A DNA stretch of 39,765 nt, taken from positions 1 to 39,765 of IMG/VR virus record IMGVR_UViG_3300048629_000064; one strand, given 5' to 3'. The DNA comes from a virus. Taxonomy: Duplodnaviria > Caudoviricetes. A model generated the notes under the pieces. That model did no database searches. It saw nothing but the letters and a program-made list of their open reading frames with translations, and was not told the DNA's origin. Positions within the stretch are counted from its first letter, which is position 1, and every line of letters starts with the position of its first letter. Shown here one piece after another: positions 18,781 through 27,717 of the stretch. The position numbers and the translations under genes were made by a program.

Positions 18781-21141
18781 CTAAGCAAGCCGGTCATTCA
18801 AATCTTCTTGCATTTGAGACAACCTAGAAAGACGAAATCCTCGTACTCTCACCCCATTTCTTTTAAATTCTATTCGAGTTATCCCAAACACCTCACGCAT
18901 CTTTTTATAGAATTTAATCTTCCCAAGAGGTTGCCTGTACCGCTCAACTACACGGCAGTAATTCAAATATGTCTTATATACAGAGACACAATGAACCTTA
19001 GTACCACCCCTATCATCGGTTAACTGAACCATCTCAGGTTCACCCCATACACCTTCAATCTCGATCTCCTCATCTTCCAACACATCGCCCCAGAATGATT
19101 CAAACCCGTCTCCAGATTTAATTTTATGCTCAGCCACCACGTCCCTGGAGATTTCATCCGTCTCAGGTCTATTCTGACTTCTATACTCATCCCCGCCGAA
19201 ATCATCCCGCTCATTCATCAAGTACCAGATGAATGCCTCCATACCTCCATTGTTTATATCTCGGGCCAGATCATCAAAATATCCTAGATTGCCTGAATAG
19301 TCGTCATTAGTCCTGAGTGTCACAAAACGTCTATCATCCATATCCATGTGGGTAACCCACTCAGAGTTACTTGACAATACAAGATGGGTACAGTTTACCC
19401 CAGTTATCGAGGACACGCCTTTCTCTTCATATGAAATCAGCCGATCAGTTATCAGTGATTTAATAGTTCCGATCTCTGAGCGATTGCCTCCCCAGGTTAT
19501 CTCATTCCCATATATTAGAAACTTATTGTACAGGTGCCAATTGAACCGCCCGCCGAGGTCAGAGGTTTTGGTGCATATGAATGCACCATTGCCCATCATC
19601 CGTACCAGAGGTTCTAGGATGATACCTTTACCAGCACCCTGACCGCCTACGATGGTTAAGCAGGTACCTGCCGGCTTCCATGGTTCCATTAACATATTGG
19701 ATAGCCAGCCGAGAACATACCTATACGCCTCCACATTACAATTACACCACACATTATATATATGGTCGCATATTGACGAACAATCGCCTTTACGGGGCGT
19801 CCTGGTCATGCCTGTAAACGATTCATACACTGAGGTGGTGCAGCCCTTGGGTAACATCGCCCCCGTGCATACATGGACCGGTTTATGACCGATGGCTATC
19901 ATGTCGGTATACTGCCGTCTACCACTCCAACTCAGCCACACCTTAGACAAGTTAATAGGTTTGTCTTTGTCTTTACCACCCATCACCTTGGAGACCTCGA
20001 TCTCCTGGACAAATCCTCCTCGGGACCAGAGCTCAGTAGACACCACACCATCTGAGTTCATCTTCCTCCTGATGACCATTGGTTTCCCGCCTGGGGCAAC
20101 GAACGTACCAAAGTGCTCATTGACAACACCTAACTTGTATTTCTTCTCTTCATCTTTAAATTTATCCTTTACTGTATAATCATTTTCATAGCCATTATCA
20201 TGAGCGAGATTAAATATGGTCCCGATACCTATTCCACTGCCATGAACCGGCACGTCATCAAACGACTGCCACTTTCTTAACAGTCCATCTCGACCATTCG
20301 ACTCGTTGTACTTATCAAGGTTACGCATCGACCATTTATCCCAGATGGAAAACGGTAGCCACCTGTCACCATACCGGGCTTTCAATGCCATGCCAACACT
20401 GACCCAATCCCAATAACCAGCGTCGGTTGATACTGCCTCTACAGCACCCTTTATCCACCCGATATCATCCCCGAGAGCCATGAGATCGTGCATCCATAAA
20501 CGCTTAGTGGGTATTGGTATGGACCCCCATGACTTTTTCCCACCACGATTCGACTCCTGGGCAGACTCTTCTACGGGGAAGCATTCTATTAACTTCTTTC
20601 TTTTATACCGAACACCACAGCCACCCACCATCTCAACCATGACGGGGCGATTAACCACCTTAGTGTGATAGAATCCAGGTACACGCAATACCCTTACTGC
20701 ATCAAAAGCATTTTTATCACAGCCATAGGTAGACACCATTCGAGATTGACAGTCATAGAATTGGTCTATAGACAGGCCACCTTTTCCTTTTAATAACCAG
20801 TAGCGATGGAATTTCCCAGGTGAAGATTGGACTACAATGGTCGGTTCTACCGGATATTTCCCACCATATCCATCATCATCCTCTTGGAATATACACCGAC
20901 AACTTTCAATACTGGTTATCAGTCTACGCTTTCCATGCACGTCATTGGTACAGAAAAACACGCCATACCCCTGTTGATTGAGCTCCTGGAGACGTTTGAA
21001 GGCTTTTTCAAGGGACTTATAGCCGATATTGATTATCTTTGTTTTGCCTTTCTTGTGCGGATGGATGCAGGTAAAGTAGTGTAACTCACCGAACTCATTG
21101 AGGAATTTTAAAGCGATTTTTTCGTTGCATTTTTTGTCCAT
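18781..21141 (-). CDS. Primase-helicase: RepB-type AEP primase + PriCT-2 + SF3/DUF5906-type helicase
   Basis: QEDDD, SSPGKFHRYW and RVLRVPGFYH; WVSVGMALK...WDKWS; Walker A GGQGAGKG and DDRRF. Confidence 0.9.
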   Translation of the reverse strand: MDKKCNEKIALKFLNEFGELHYFTCIHPHKKGKTKIINIGYKSLEKAFKRLQELNQQGYGVFFCTNDVHGKRRLITSIESCRCIFQEDDDGYGGKYPVEPTIVVQSSPGKFHRYWLLKGKGGLSIDQFYDCQSRMVSTYGCDKNAFDAVRVLRVPGFYHTKVVNRPVMVEMVGGCGVRYKRKKLIECFPVEESAQESNRGGKKSWGSIPIPTKRLWMHDLMALGDDIGWIKGAVEAVSTDAGYWDWVSVGMALKARYGDRWLPFSIWDKWSMRNLDKYNESNGRDGLLRKWQSFDDVPVHGSGIGIGTIFNLAHDNGYENDYTVKDKFKDEEKKYKLGVVNEHFGTFVAPGGKPMVIRRKMNSDGVVSTELWSRGGFVQEIEVSKVMGGKDKDKPINLSKVWLSWSGRRQYTDMIAIGHKPVHVCTGAMLPKGCTTSVYESFTGMTRTPRKGDCSSICDHIYNVWCNCNVEAYRYVLGWLSNMLMEPWKPAGTCLTIVGGQGAGKGIILEPLVRMMGNGAFICTKTSDLGGRFNWHLYNKFLIYGNEITWGGNRSEIGTIKSLITDRLISYEEKGVSSITGVNCTHLVLSSNSEWVTHMDMDDRRFVTLRTNDDYSGNLGYFDDLARDINNGGMEAFIWYLMNERDDFGGDEYRSQNRPETDEISRDVVAEHKIKSGDGFESFWGDVLEDEEIEIEGVWGEPEMVQLTDDRGGTKVHCVSVYKTYLNYCRVVERYRQPLGKIKFYKKMREVFGITRIEFKRNGVRVRGFRLSRLSQMQEDLNDRLA

Positions 21142-21188
21142 AATGGTATTATAGCTGTTGTGGTTTGCGGATTTCCGGTCGGCAAGCG

Positions 21189-21219
21189 AGGGCCTCGAGA
21201 CACCAAGTCTCGGGGCCTT
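21189..21219. promoter_or_regulatory. 13-bp hairpin in the divergent control region
   Basis: AGGGCCTCGAGAC-ACCAA-GTCTCGGGGCCTT, followed by a T-rich tract on the plus strand. Confidence 0.5.
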
Positions 21220-21355
21220 TGTGTTTTGTGCCTGATATCCTGTGTAAAAAACATATAAAATCCAACCACATATTCCCGATCATGTCAATATAAATTTTGT
21301 TGTTTAATAATGACACGCATTTAATCGCCGGTATCATGTGTGTTAATATAATTCA

Positions 21356-21384
21356 TTGACAAACAAAACATATTATATTATGGT
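21356..21384 (+). promoter_or_regulatory. Sigma70-like rightward early promoter
   Basis: TTGACA-17 bp-TATGGT in an AT-rich context, upstream of a GGAG RBS. Confidence 0.65.
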
Positions 21385-21425
21385 TTAATTTTTATCATTT
21401 AATAATCTTTACTATGGAGTAAACA

Positions 21426-21632
21426 ATGGCAACTAAACCTACAATTGACGATGTAAGAAAAGCACTGTTTGATCTGATGTTATGGCCCGGGCAATCGCTC
21501 ACGGCCAAAAAGATTTTGAGAAAATTTGGATCTGAAACCATTACCGGGTTGAAGAAGAAAAAGTACCAGGCTGTTATCGACATGGCGGTAAAGAAAACTG
21601 TCAAGGCCGAGAAGAAATCCAAGGAGAAATAA
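21426..21632 (+). CDS. Small helical protein of the type commonly found upstream of DUF2800 genes
   Basis: TIDDVRKAL...AKKILRKFG..I..L....Y pattern; GGAG RBS. Confidence 0.65.
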   Translation: MATKPTIDDVRKALFDLMLWPGQSLTAKKILRKFGSETITGLKKKKYQAVIDMAVKKTVKAEKKSKEK

Positions 21633-21636
21633 CACC

Positions 21637-22383
21637 ATGGCTAACTATGGACGTAGGAAGAAAAAAGCACCCAAGTTTTATAAGGAGTGCAAGCTATGCG
21701 AGGTGGGTTTTGCCCAGGCGGTAAAGTCCATTGAAGATACACCAGGTGAGACTCGAGCATCGGCTATACGACAACTGCAGAAACAGATGGTGGAGTTCGC
21801 CGGACTGGCTGAGAGAAGTATTAAAGCTTTACGACATATTGCTGACAGGCAACTGGGTAAGGATAATAAATTCCCAAAACGGGAAGAGAAAACACCCCAA
21901 CCCGCTGATATTATTGATGAAAAAAAATCAAAAAATTCAAAACATCCACAACCCGCTGAAATCATTGACAATGATGAATCCGAGGATGAGGGTACCACCA
22001 CCTGGGATGAATCCGAAGATGAGAAGCCATGGGTAGAACCTAAAGATGAAGATCCTCCAGACGATCAGTGGGCATATGGCCCAGGTCCTGAGCCTGAGCC
22101 CGATGAATATAACGGGAAAAAGATACACCATAGGAGTGAACAGTATAAGGCCTTATATAAGGCTAGACGAAAAGCCCAAAAATATCTTGGTGTATATGAT
22201 TTTCGGGACCTTAATGACGGCACCTGGCCCCCAGAATTAGTATCCATGATTAAAAAGGCAAAGTCCAGAAAGTTTCATCCAGACACAGGAGGCTCGGATA
22301 AGAAATATCAGAAATTCCTCGATGCATTGGACATACTGGAAGAAGACGTAGAAATTAATAGCAACTCATTCTTTAAAAACTAA
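21637..22383 (+). CDS. Protein with an acidic linker and a C-terminal J-domain-like region
   Basis: YLGV...IKKAKSRKFHPDTGGSDKKYQKFLDALDIL; HPD motif intact. Confidence 0.7.
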   Translation: MANYGRRKKKAPKFYKECKLCEVGFAQAVKSIEDTPGETRASAIRQLQKQMVEFAGLAERSIKALRHIADRQLGKDNKFPKREEKTPQPADIIDEKKSKNSKHPQPAEIIDNDESEDEGTTTWDESEDEKPWVEPKDEDPPDDQWAYGPGPEPEPDEYNGKKIHHRSEQYKALYKARRKAQKYLGVYDFRDLNDGTWPPELVSMIKKAKSRKFHPDTGGSDKKYQKFLDALDILEEDVEINSNSFFKN

Positions 22384-22401
22384 AATCACAGGAAGATAAC
22401 A

Positions 22402-22863
22402 ATGAATGAATTACAGGCAACAACTCGAAAAGACCAAATTGCTAACAATCTCGAAAAAAGCCTAAAAGAGATTAAAAAAGGCTTACCCGCAGATCAGGCT
22501 CAACTTGTTGACAAACTGGAGACTACACTGTCAGCAAATATGACAAACAATTCTGATGTATGGATGACTCAGCGAGATTACATTAAGGAGCATGTCAATG
22601 ATGATCTATTGGTAGTGGCAAGGGGTCCTAAATATTTAATCGCAGTATTGCCTGACGGATATGTAAGTCTGTCTTCATCCCATATGGGAAAACTCCTAGT
22701 CATCATGTCAAAAGAAAGGAAAGACTTTAAAGTTCGGACAGATGACGTAGGTGGGAAACGTAAAAAATTCCCCTTATCTTTCCTAAAGCGAGCTATACCT
22801 AAAATCATAATGGATGTAATGATCAGGGATTTTAAGGAGAAATATGATGCTAAGGAAGATTAA
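22402..22863 (+). CDS. Hypothetical protein
   Basis: 153 aa with an AGGA RBS; operon position. Confidence 0.65.
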   Translation: MNELQATTRKDQIANNLEKSLKEIKKGLPADQAQLVDKLETTLSANMTNNSDVWMTQRDYIKEHVNDDLLVVARGPKYLIAVLPDGYVSLSSSHMGKLLVIMSKERKDFKVRTDDVGGKRKKFPLSFLKRAIPKIIMDVMIRDFKEKYDAKED

Positions 22864-23986
22864 TGTTGAAGAGGGATACCATTCCAGGTTATCACCCTCA
22901 AGCTCGAAGCGATGGCTAACCTGCTCGGGTTCCATTCGTATGACCGAGGGGATAGCCAGAAAACCCGGAGGACCTGCTGCCAAGTGGGGAATCTCAGCAC
23001 ACCATGTATCCGAACTATGCCTGACCAATGAACGCACACCAGAGCATTATCTCAGCAAGATTATTGAGGAGGTAGAAGTCACCCGGGAAATGGTGAAGGT
23101 GGTTGATGAGTATCTGGACTACATCTACTCCACCATGTCGACTATAAAGGGGGGTTGTCAATTATTTGTCGAGGTGGGGGTTATGGCATATGACGGCATA
23201 GACACCCGTGTCCTGGGCACTGTTGACTGCGCTTTGATCGGTAAACACACCATATATGTTATTGATCTGAAAACCGGCAAAGGTGTTTCTGTAGATGCAG
23301 ATTCATCTCAGTTGCTAATATATGCCGTCGGTCTCATGAATGGCTTACAGCCATCAGTTCAAGCCAGAATAAAAACCATTCATACTGTAATTGTCCAACC
23401 ACGAGACCGAGGTGGGGATATATTAAAAATCCACACCATGAAGCCTAAACATCTCAGATCCTGGGCCAAAAAGACATTAGTACCGGGGATCCATGCCGCA
23501 CTTGATCCATTATCAAAATGCGTACCAGGTGAAGATCAGTGCAGATGGTGTGATGCTGCATCCCGATGCAACACATTAGCCAAGCATAACCAGGCGACTG
23601 CTAGCCAGGAGTTTTCATCCATGACCACGAGTGAACTGGTCGAGGCATATGAACAATTCCCCCTCATTAATATATGGATGAAAGCCATTACTGAGGACCT
23701 GCATGATAAACTCATGAAGCAATCAGTTGAAGGCCTGAAGTTAGTACATGGCAGATCATCCCGGAAATGGAACGGAGACGACGAGATAATAGAACACCTA
23801 TTGAAAATATGTGAGGTGCCAGCCCATACCCAGAAATTAACATCAGCGCCTCAGGCAATGGGCCAGGTTAGCCGAGACCAGTCAGATATTTTGATTCCAT
23901 GGATATCCAAAGAACCAGGTAATCTGATAATGGTTACTGAAAGTGACCCACGGCCATCGGCTGACCCCGGAGACGATTTTAAATAA
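22844..23986 (+). CDS. DUF2800 Cas4-like PD-(D/E)xK exonuclease
   Basis: HSRLSPSSSKRWLTC, GTVDC, IDLKTG, QLLIYA, IVQPR and CRWC. Confidence 0.9.
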   Translation: MMLRKINVEEGYHSRLSPSSSKRWLTCSGSIRMTEGIARKPGGPAAKWGISAHHVSELCLTNERTPEHYLSKIIEEVEVTREMVKVVDEYLDYIYSTMSTIKGGCQLFVEVGVMAYDGIDTRVLGTVDCALIGKHTIYVIDLKTGKGVSVDADSSQLLIYAVGLMNGLQPSVQARIKTIHTVIVQPRDRGGDILKIHTMKPKHLRSWAKKTLVPGIHAALDPLSKCVPGEDQCRWCDAASRCNTLAKHNQATASQEFSSMTTSELVEAYEQFPLINIWMKAITEDLHDKLMKQSVEGLKLVHGRSSRKWNGDDEIIEHLLKICEVPAHTQKLTSAPQAMGQVSRDQSDILIPWISKEPGNLIMVTESDPRPSADPGDDFK

Positions 23987-24009
23987 AAACCTCATAGAAC
24001 CTCAGTTTT

Positions 24010-24043
24010 CTATTGCATCCATTTTCATATCGATTATATTAGT
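24010..24043 (+). promoter_or_regulatory. Duplicated promoter element, copy 1
   Basis: TTGCAT-16 bp-TATATT; 33/34 identical to 27632-27665. Confidence 0.75.
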
Positions 24044-24083
24044 GAGTATCAAAACAACAAAACGATCAAAACGGAGAAACAAA

Positions 24084-24314
24084 ATGACTACTCATAAAAT
24101 TTATTTATCGACCACTGTTAAGCCTGCTCCTTTTAATAACCATAACCTGACAAAACATGAGACGAAATCCGTGAGAAATTACTTTGCAAATATTCGCCGG
24201 ACTAACCATTTTAAATATCGTGGACTGGTTCAGAATATGCTGGACCTCATTGCTGGTGAACGTCGTCTCGGCAATCAAGATAATGCAATTACCATCATTC
24301 GTGGTAATTGTTAA
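24084..24314 (+). CDS. 76-aa hypothetical protein in a promoter-gene-terminator unit
   Basis: ATG at 24084 after ACGGAG; the longer ORF-track start runs through the promoter. Confidence 0.65.
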   Translation: MTTHKIYLSTTVKPAPFNNHNLTKHETKSVRNYFANIRRTNHFKYRGLVQNMLDLIAGERRLGNQDNAITIIRGNC

Positions 24315-24325
24315 TCAATAATATC

Positions 24326-24361
24326 TGGGGTCCATATCGGACCCCACACCTTTAATTTTTT
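24326..24361 (+). terminator. Terminator-like hairpin
   Basis: TGGGGTCC-ATATC-GGACCCCA followed by a T-rich tract. Confidence 0.55.
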
Positions 24362-24372
24362 AGGAGAACACC

Positions 24373-25209
24373 GTGAAAAAAGAAAACCTGATCGAACTGC
24401 TGCAGACTACACCCGGCCTCGAAGAAGACCGTTATGGTAACTTTAAATTCGAAGGCATTGGTAAATCCATGCATCGTATCAAATTGCTGAAACAGATTTA
24501 CAAGGTTGAGGTGCAGATCGTAGGAGCCGACTCCGGGAAGAAAACCTGGAACAAGGTAAATTCTGCATCTATTGCCCAGGCAACCGAGGAGACTGTCTCC
24601 GAGGTAATTGCCAGTTATAAACCTGAGACTGAGGAGTCCGACATGACTGAAAAGAAGTCCAAAAAGAAAGACAAAAAGAAGAACAAAAAGACTGACCGTA
24701 CCGGAGATGTAGACATGGCCGATATGGATGAGTCCGGCATTGGTGAGGCCAAGGAGAAGTCTGATAAGAAGTCAGACAAGAAGTCTGGCAAAAAGGACAA
24801 AAAGAAATCCGGCAAGAAAAAAGGTGCCGCTCCGAAATGGAAACCCGGTTTCATCCGTGAGCCGTCTGGAGAGGAGATCAAACCTATTCGTAAATCTGCC
24901 ATTGGTGGACGTGTTGTCATGGCTTGTGTCGATGACAACACCATTGAAGATGTTGCCGAGGAGACTGGATTGAAGCCTGACCAGGTGAAATTCCAACTTC
25001 GTAATCTTGCCCGAAATAATGGTATCGGTTTTAAGATTGCCGAGAATGATGCACTGATCATCATTGGTGACCCCGAGCTCAAGGATGCATCCAAGGCCAA
25101 GACCAAAACCTCGGCTAAAGATGACGAACCTGCCGAACTGACCAAAGCCGAAAAGAAGGCAGCCAAGAAGGCGGCTAAGAAGGCGGCTAAGAAGGCAGCC
25201 AAGGAGTAA
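24373..25209 (+). CDS. Lys-rich DNA-binding-like protein with an HTH segment and a histone H1-like AAKK tail
   Basis: TIEDVAEETGLKPDQVKFQLRNL, KK-rich tracts and C-terminal (KKAA)4; AGGAG RBS with GTG start. Confidence 0.7.
   Translation: MKKENLIELLQTTPGLEEDRYGNFKFEGIGKSMHRIKLLKQIYKVEVQIVGADSGKKTWNKVNSASIAQATEETVSEVIASYKPETEESDMTEKKSKKKDKKKNKKTDRTGDVDMADMDESGIGEAKEKSDKKSDKKSGKKDKKKSGKKKGAAPKWKPGFIREPSGEEIKPIRKSAIGGRVVMACVDDNTIEDVAEETGLKPDQVKFQLRNLARNNGIGFKIAENDALIIIGDPELKDASKAKTKTSAKDDEPAELTKAEKKAAKKAAKKAAKKAAKE
25153..25200. repeat. 12-bp tandem repeat x4 (KKAA)
   Basis: aagaaggcRgcY x4. Confidence 0.9.
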
Positions 25210-25211
25210 TC

Positions 25212-25757
25212 ATGTACGAGCCGAAATCTCGGCTTGTCTTGGAGGGTCCGGATTTGTCCGGGAAATCCACTGTCGGAATAATGCTCGAGGCCATAACTGG
25301 TCTCGAGCTCCGGCACTATGGTGGTCCTCCAAAAACTGCCGATGAACTGTTAGACCGGGAAGCCTCATACCATGGAGGCAACTGGATCCTGGACAGACAT
25401 ACCGGAATATCTGAGATCATTTATGGTGGTGCATTACGTGGTGGTAACTTATTGGTTAAGGCTCCCCAACTATTCGCCATGGTGGTGGCAATGGACCCCA
25501 TTATCGTTCACTGCCATGTAGATCTTAACTGGGTTAAATCCAGATTTAAATTCATGACCAATGCAGATAAGGATTATAAGCCACAGGAGCACAGACGGCA
25601 GGTCATGGAGAAATATGACCAGATCTGGAACAGATATAGCACGGTTATGCAGATGTTAATTCGCAATCAGGTTCGAGTCATCAATGTAGATTTCCGCACC
25701 GCAACCACAGACATGCTGGAGACCCAGCTGAGGTTAATGGAGTATGAATATAAATGA
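25212..25757 (+). CDS. Deoxynucleoside monophosphate kinase (thymidylate kinase-like P-loop)
   Basis: LEGPDLSGKST and ILDRH..ISE.IYG. Confidence 0.8.
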   Translation: MYEPKSRLVLEGPDLSGKSTVGIMLEAITGLELRHYGGPPKTADELLDREASYHGGNWILDRHTGISEIIYGGALRGGNLLVKAPQLFAMVVAMDPIIVHCHVDLNWVKSRFKFMTNADKDYKPQEHRRQVMEKYDQIWNRYSTVMQMLIRNQVRVINVDFRTATTDMLETQLRLMEYEYK

Positions 25758-26367
25758 TATAGATTCAGGGGATATCCCCAATCTGGTAGCCGTAAAGGGT
25801 GCTTGGCTGGATGCAATTTTTGAACGTCAAAAAGAATTGCACGAGAAGTATAAACCAATTGAACTAGCATCCGGCATTGGCCTGGCGATAGTGGAGGGTG
25901 TTGACTTTTCATTAAGTGATCGAAGATACCAATACCTCATAAAGGATTTTGCCTGGAGGGTTACTGAGGAGCTCGCTGAGGCAGGTGAAGCAGCAGACAT
26001 CAATCACGAGACTCATCATGTCGAGGAGCTTATTGATGCATTGCATTTCTACACTGAGCTCATGATAGTTGTCAAGGTTGCTCCGAGATATGTTGTATCC
26101 CTAAAGGGGCATTCTACGATCTCGGATACACCGAATAAGTGGGACATCATTCAACCACTTGGCCTGGCGATGAATACCTTGAAGCAGAAACCATGGAAGC
26201 AACACCATTTTGCTACAGATGTAGCATTGTTCTACAATCATCTCATGACAGGATATATCCGACTACTGCTTTATATCGAGTCATGTGGACTGAATGAGCT
26301 TGAGATCTACCAGGTGTATATGAAAAAATCCGAGGTTAATAAATTCCGGATCAGGTCGAGGTATTGA
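25744..26367 (+). CDS. All-alpha dNTP pyrophosphatase (dimeric dUTPase/dCTPase, MazG-like)
   Basis: EELAEA...EELIDALHF, KPWK and YMKKSEVNKFR. Confidence 0.8.
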   Translation: MNINDIDSGDIPNLVAVKGAWLDAIFERQKELHEKYKPIELASGIGLAIVEGVDFSLSDRRYQYLIKDFAWRVTEELAEAGEAADINHETHHVEELIDALHFYTELMIVVKVAPRYVVSLKGHSTISDTPNKWDIIQPLGLAMNTLKQKPWKQHHFATDVALFYNHLMTGYIRLLLYIESCGLNELEIYQVYMKKSEVNKFRIRSRY

Positions 26368-26369
26368 TA

Positions 26370-27578
26370 ATGAAAATCAAAGGCCACAAACTGAAAGCCT
26401 TTGGTGTTTATGCCGGTATAGGAGCCCCGCTCGTCGGGGCTAAACACCATGGCTACAAGATCATCGGCAACATTGACTCGAGACCTTATGTAAATGCTCG
26501 AGATATTGAAGGCAGAAATACTTTTGAAGATAACTTCCCAGGTGCATATCTCACCAAGACCGTCCCGGATAAACTCCCCAAGAACGTCACGTTTATTGCT
26601 GGTCATCCCAAGTGTGGTTCCTATTCCAATCTGGTAAACATTACTGGGAGGGCCCGTGAGAAACTGCAGGCAACTAAATCCGTTGAATTTATCACTACGC
26701 TGGAGGTGGTTGCAAAGGTAAAGCCCTTGTTTTTCTTTATGGATAATTTGCCGAAATTCCTGAGTGCCAACCACGTCTCACTATTTGTCGATTACCTGAA
26801 AGACTATGACATCTTCCCGGAGTTCGTTTCAAATATGGGATATGGTAATTGCCAGCATAGAAGACACCGATTATTTTTCATTGCTGCCAGAAAAGATCTA
26901 GGGTATGTATTCATCCCAGGCGAGTGTACGATTAAGCCGACAGTGAAGGATATCATAGGCGACCTGTTCACCATGGACACCAAGTATTCACCAATACAAC
27001 ATGACACGCATTTATGCTCAGACGACGTGGGTCTTACATTACGTGGTAAAGGTGTATACCAGAAAGAGACTATGTCATGGTGTCAATTCCGGCACTATTT
27101 CCAGACGAAAAACAATAATAAGGCAATGCACTATCATGCAGATGATGGGCTCATCAAATATCACTTTGCTTTAGACGCCTTGAACTGGACAGGTGGTTCT
27201 CGGGCACTAACAGGAAATAATCCCAAGGTTCATCCACTGACCGGACTGCCACTGTCCACCAGAGAACGTGCTCGGATAATGGGATTTCCTGATAGCTTTG
27301 TTATTCGTGGGATCCGGCATGAGCCAGACGGCACCTGGTCCCATATGAAAAACTCACGCGTGAACTGGCAGACAGGAAAATGTATCCCATGTGAATTTCC
27401 TGCTTTTATGGCTGGACAGATTAAGGAATTTTTATTAGATCCTAGTGGTTATCATAAGCAATACTCAAAGATCCGAACACTAAAACCCCATCCATTAATA
27501 GTCGAGGCTAAAAAATGGTGTTGGGAGAACGTTGGATATTCCCGGAAGAAACTCGCAAAGAAAACTGACTTCATCTAA
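26370..27578 (+). CDS. Divergent C5-cytosine DNA methyltransferase-fold enzyme
   Basis: Motifs in canonical order: I YAGIG, IV GHPKCGSYS, VI MDNL, VIII QHRRHRLF, IX RERARIMGFP, X QTGKCIP. Confidence 0.85.
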   Translation: MKIKGHKLKAFGVYAGIGAPLVGAKHHGYKIIGNIDSRPYVNARDIEGRNTFEDNFPGAYLTKTVPDKLPKNVTFIAGHPKCGSYSNLVNITGRAREKLQATKSVEFITTLEVVAKVKPLFFFMDNLPKFLSANHVSLFVDYLKDYDIFPEFVSNMGYGNCQHRRHRLFFIAARKDLGYVFIPGECTIKPTVKDIIGDLFTMDTKYSPIQHDTHLCSDDVGLTLRGKGVYQKETMSWCQFRHYFQTKNNNKAMHYHADDGLIKYHFALDALNWTGGSRALTGNNPKVHPLTGLPLSTRERARIMGFPDSFVIRGIRHEPDGTWSHMKNSRVNWQTGKCIPCEFPAFMAGQIKEFLLDPSGYHKQYSKIRTLKPHPLIVEAKKWCWENVGYSRKKLAKKTDFI

Positions 27579-27631
27579 AAAACTGGCATGCCTAGTGCAT
27601 GTCAGAACTCATACCTTAGATCCTTAATTTC

Positions 27632-27665
27632 CTATTGCATCCATTTTCATATCGGTTATATTAGT
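27632..27665 (+). promoter_or_regulatory. Duplicated promoter element, copy 2
   Basis: 33/34 identical to 24010-24043; followed by the same AAAACGGAGAAACA RBS block. Confidence 0.75.
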
Positions 27666-27717
27666 AAGCATGACTAACGGACATATAACACAACGAACAA
27701 CAAAACGGAGAAACACA

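Noticed and set aside
22844-23986. Cas4-like nuclease as evidence of CRISPR-Cas
   Set aside because: DUF2800 is a standard member of this replication module; no array or other cas genes are present.
24615-25316. 233-aa minus-strand hydrophobic ORF with AAFL repeats
   Set aside because: Mirror of the Lys/Ala-rich plus-strand gene; its apparent TM character is an artefact.
26370-27578. MTase as part of a restriction-modification system or as a pseudogene
   Set aside because: No adjacent endonuclease; the ORF is full length with all motifs in order and the catalytic Cys intact.
27583-27605. Sigma54-like TGGCA-N7-TGCA here and on the minus strand at 28667-28682
   Set aside because: Both deviate from the TTGC consensus and coincide with a hairpin or a sigma70 promoter/inverted repeat that already explains the sequence; unresolved, not supported.
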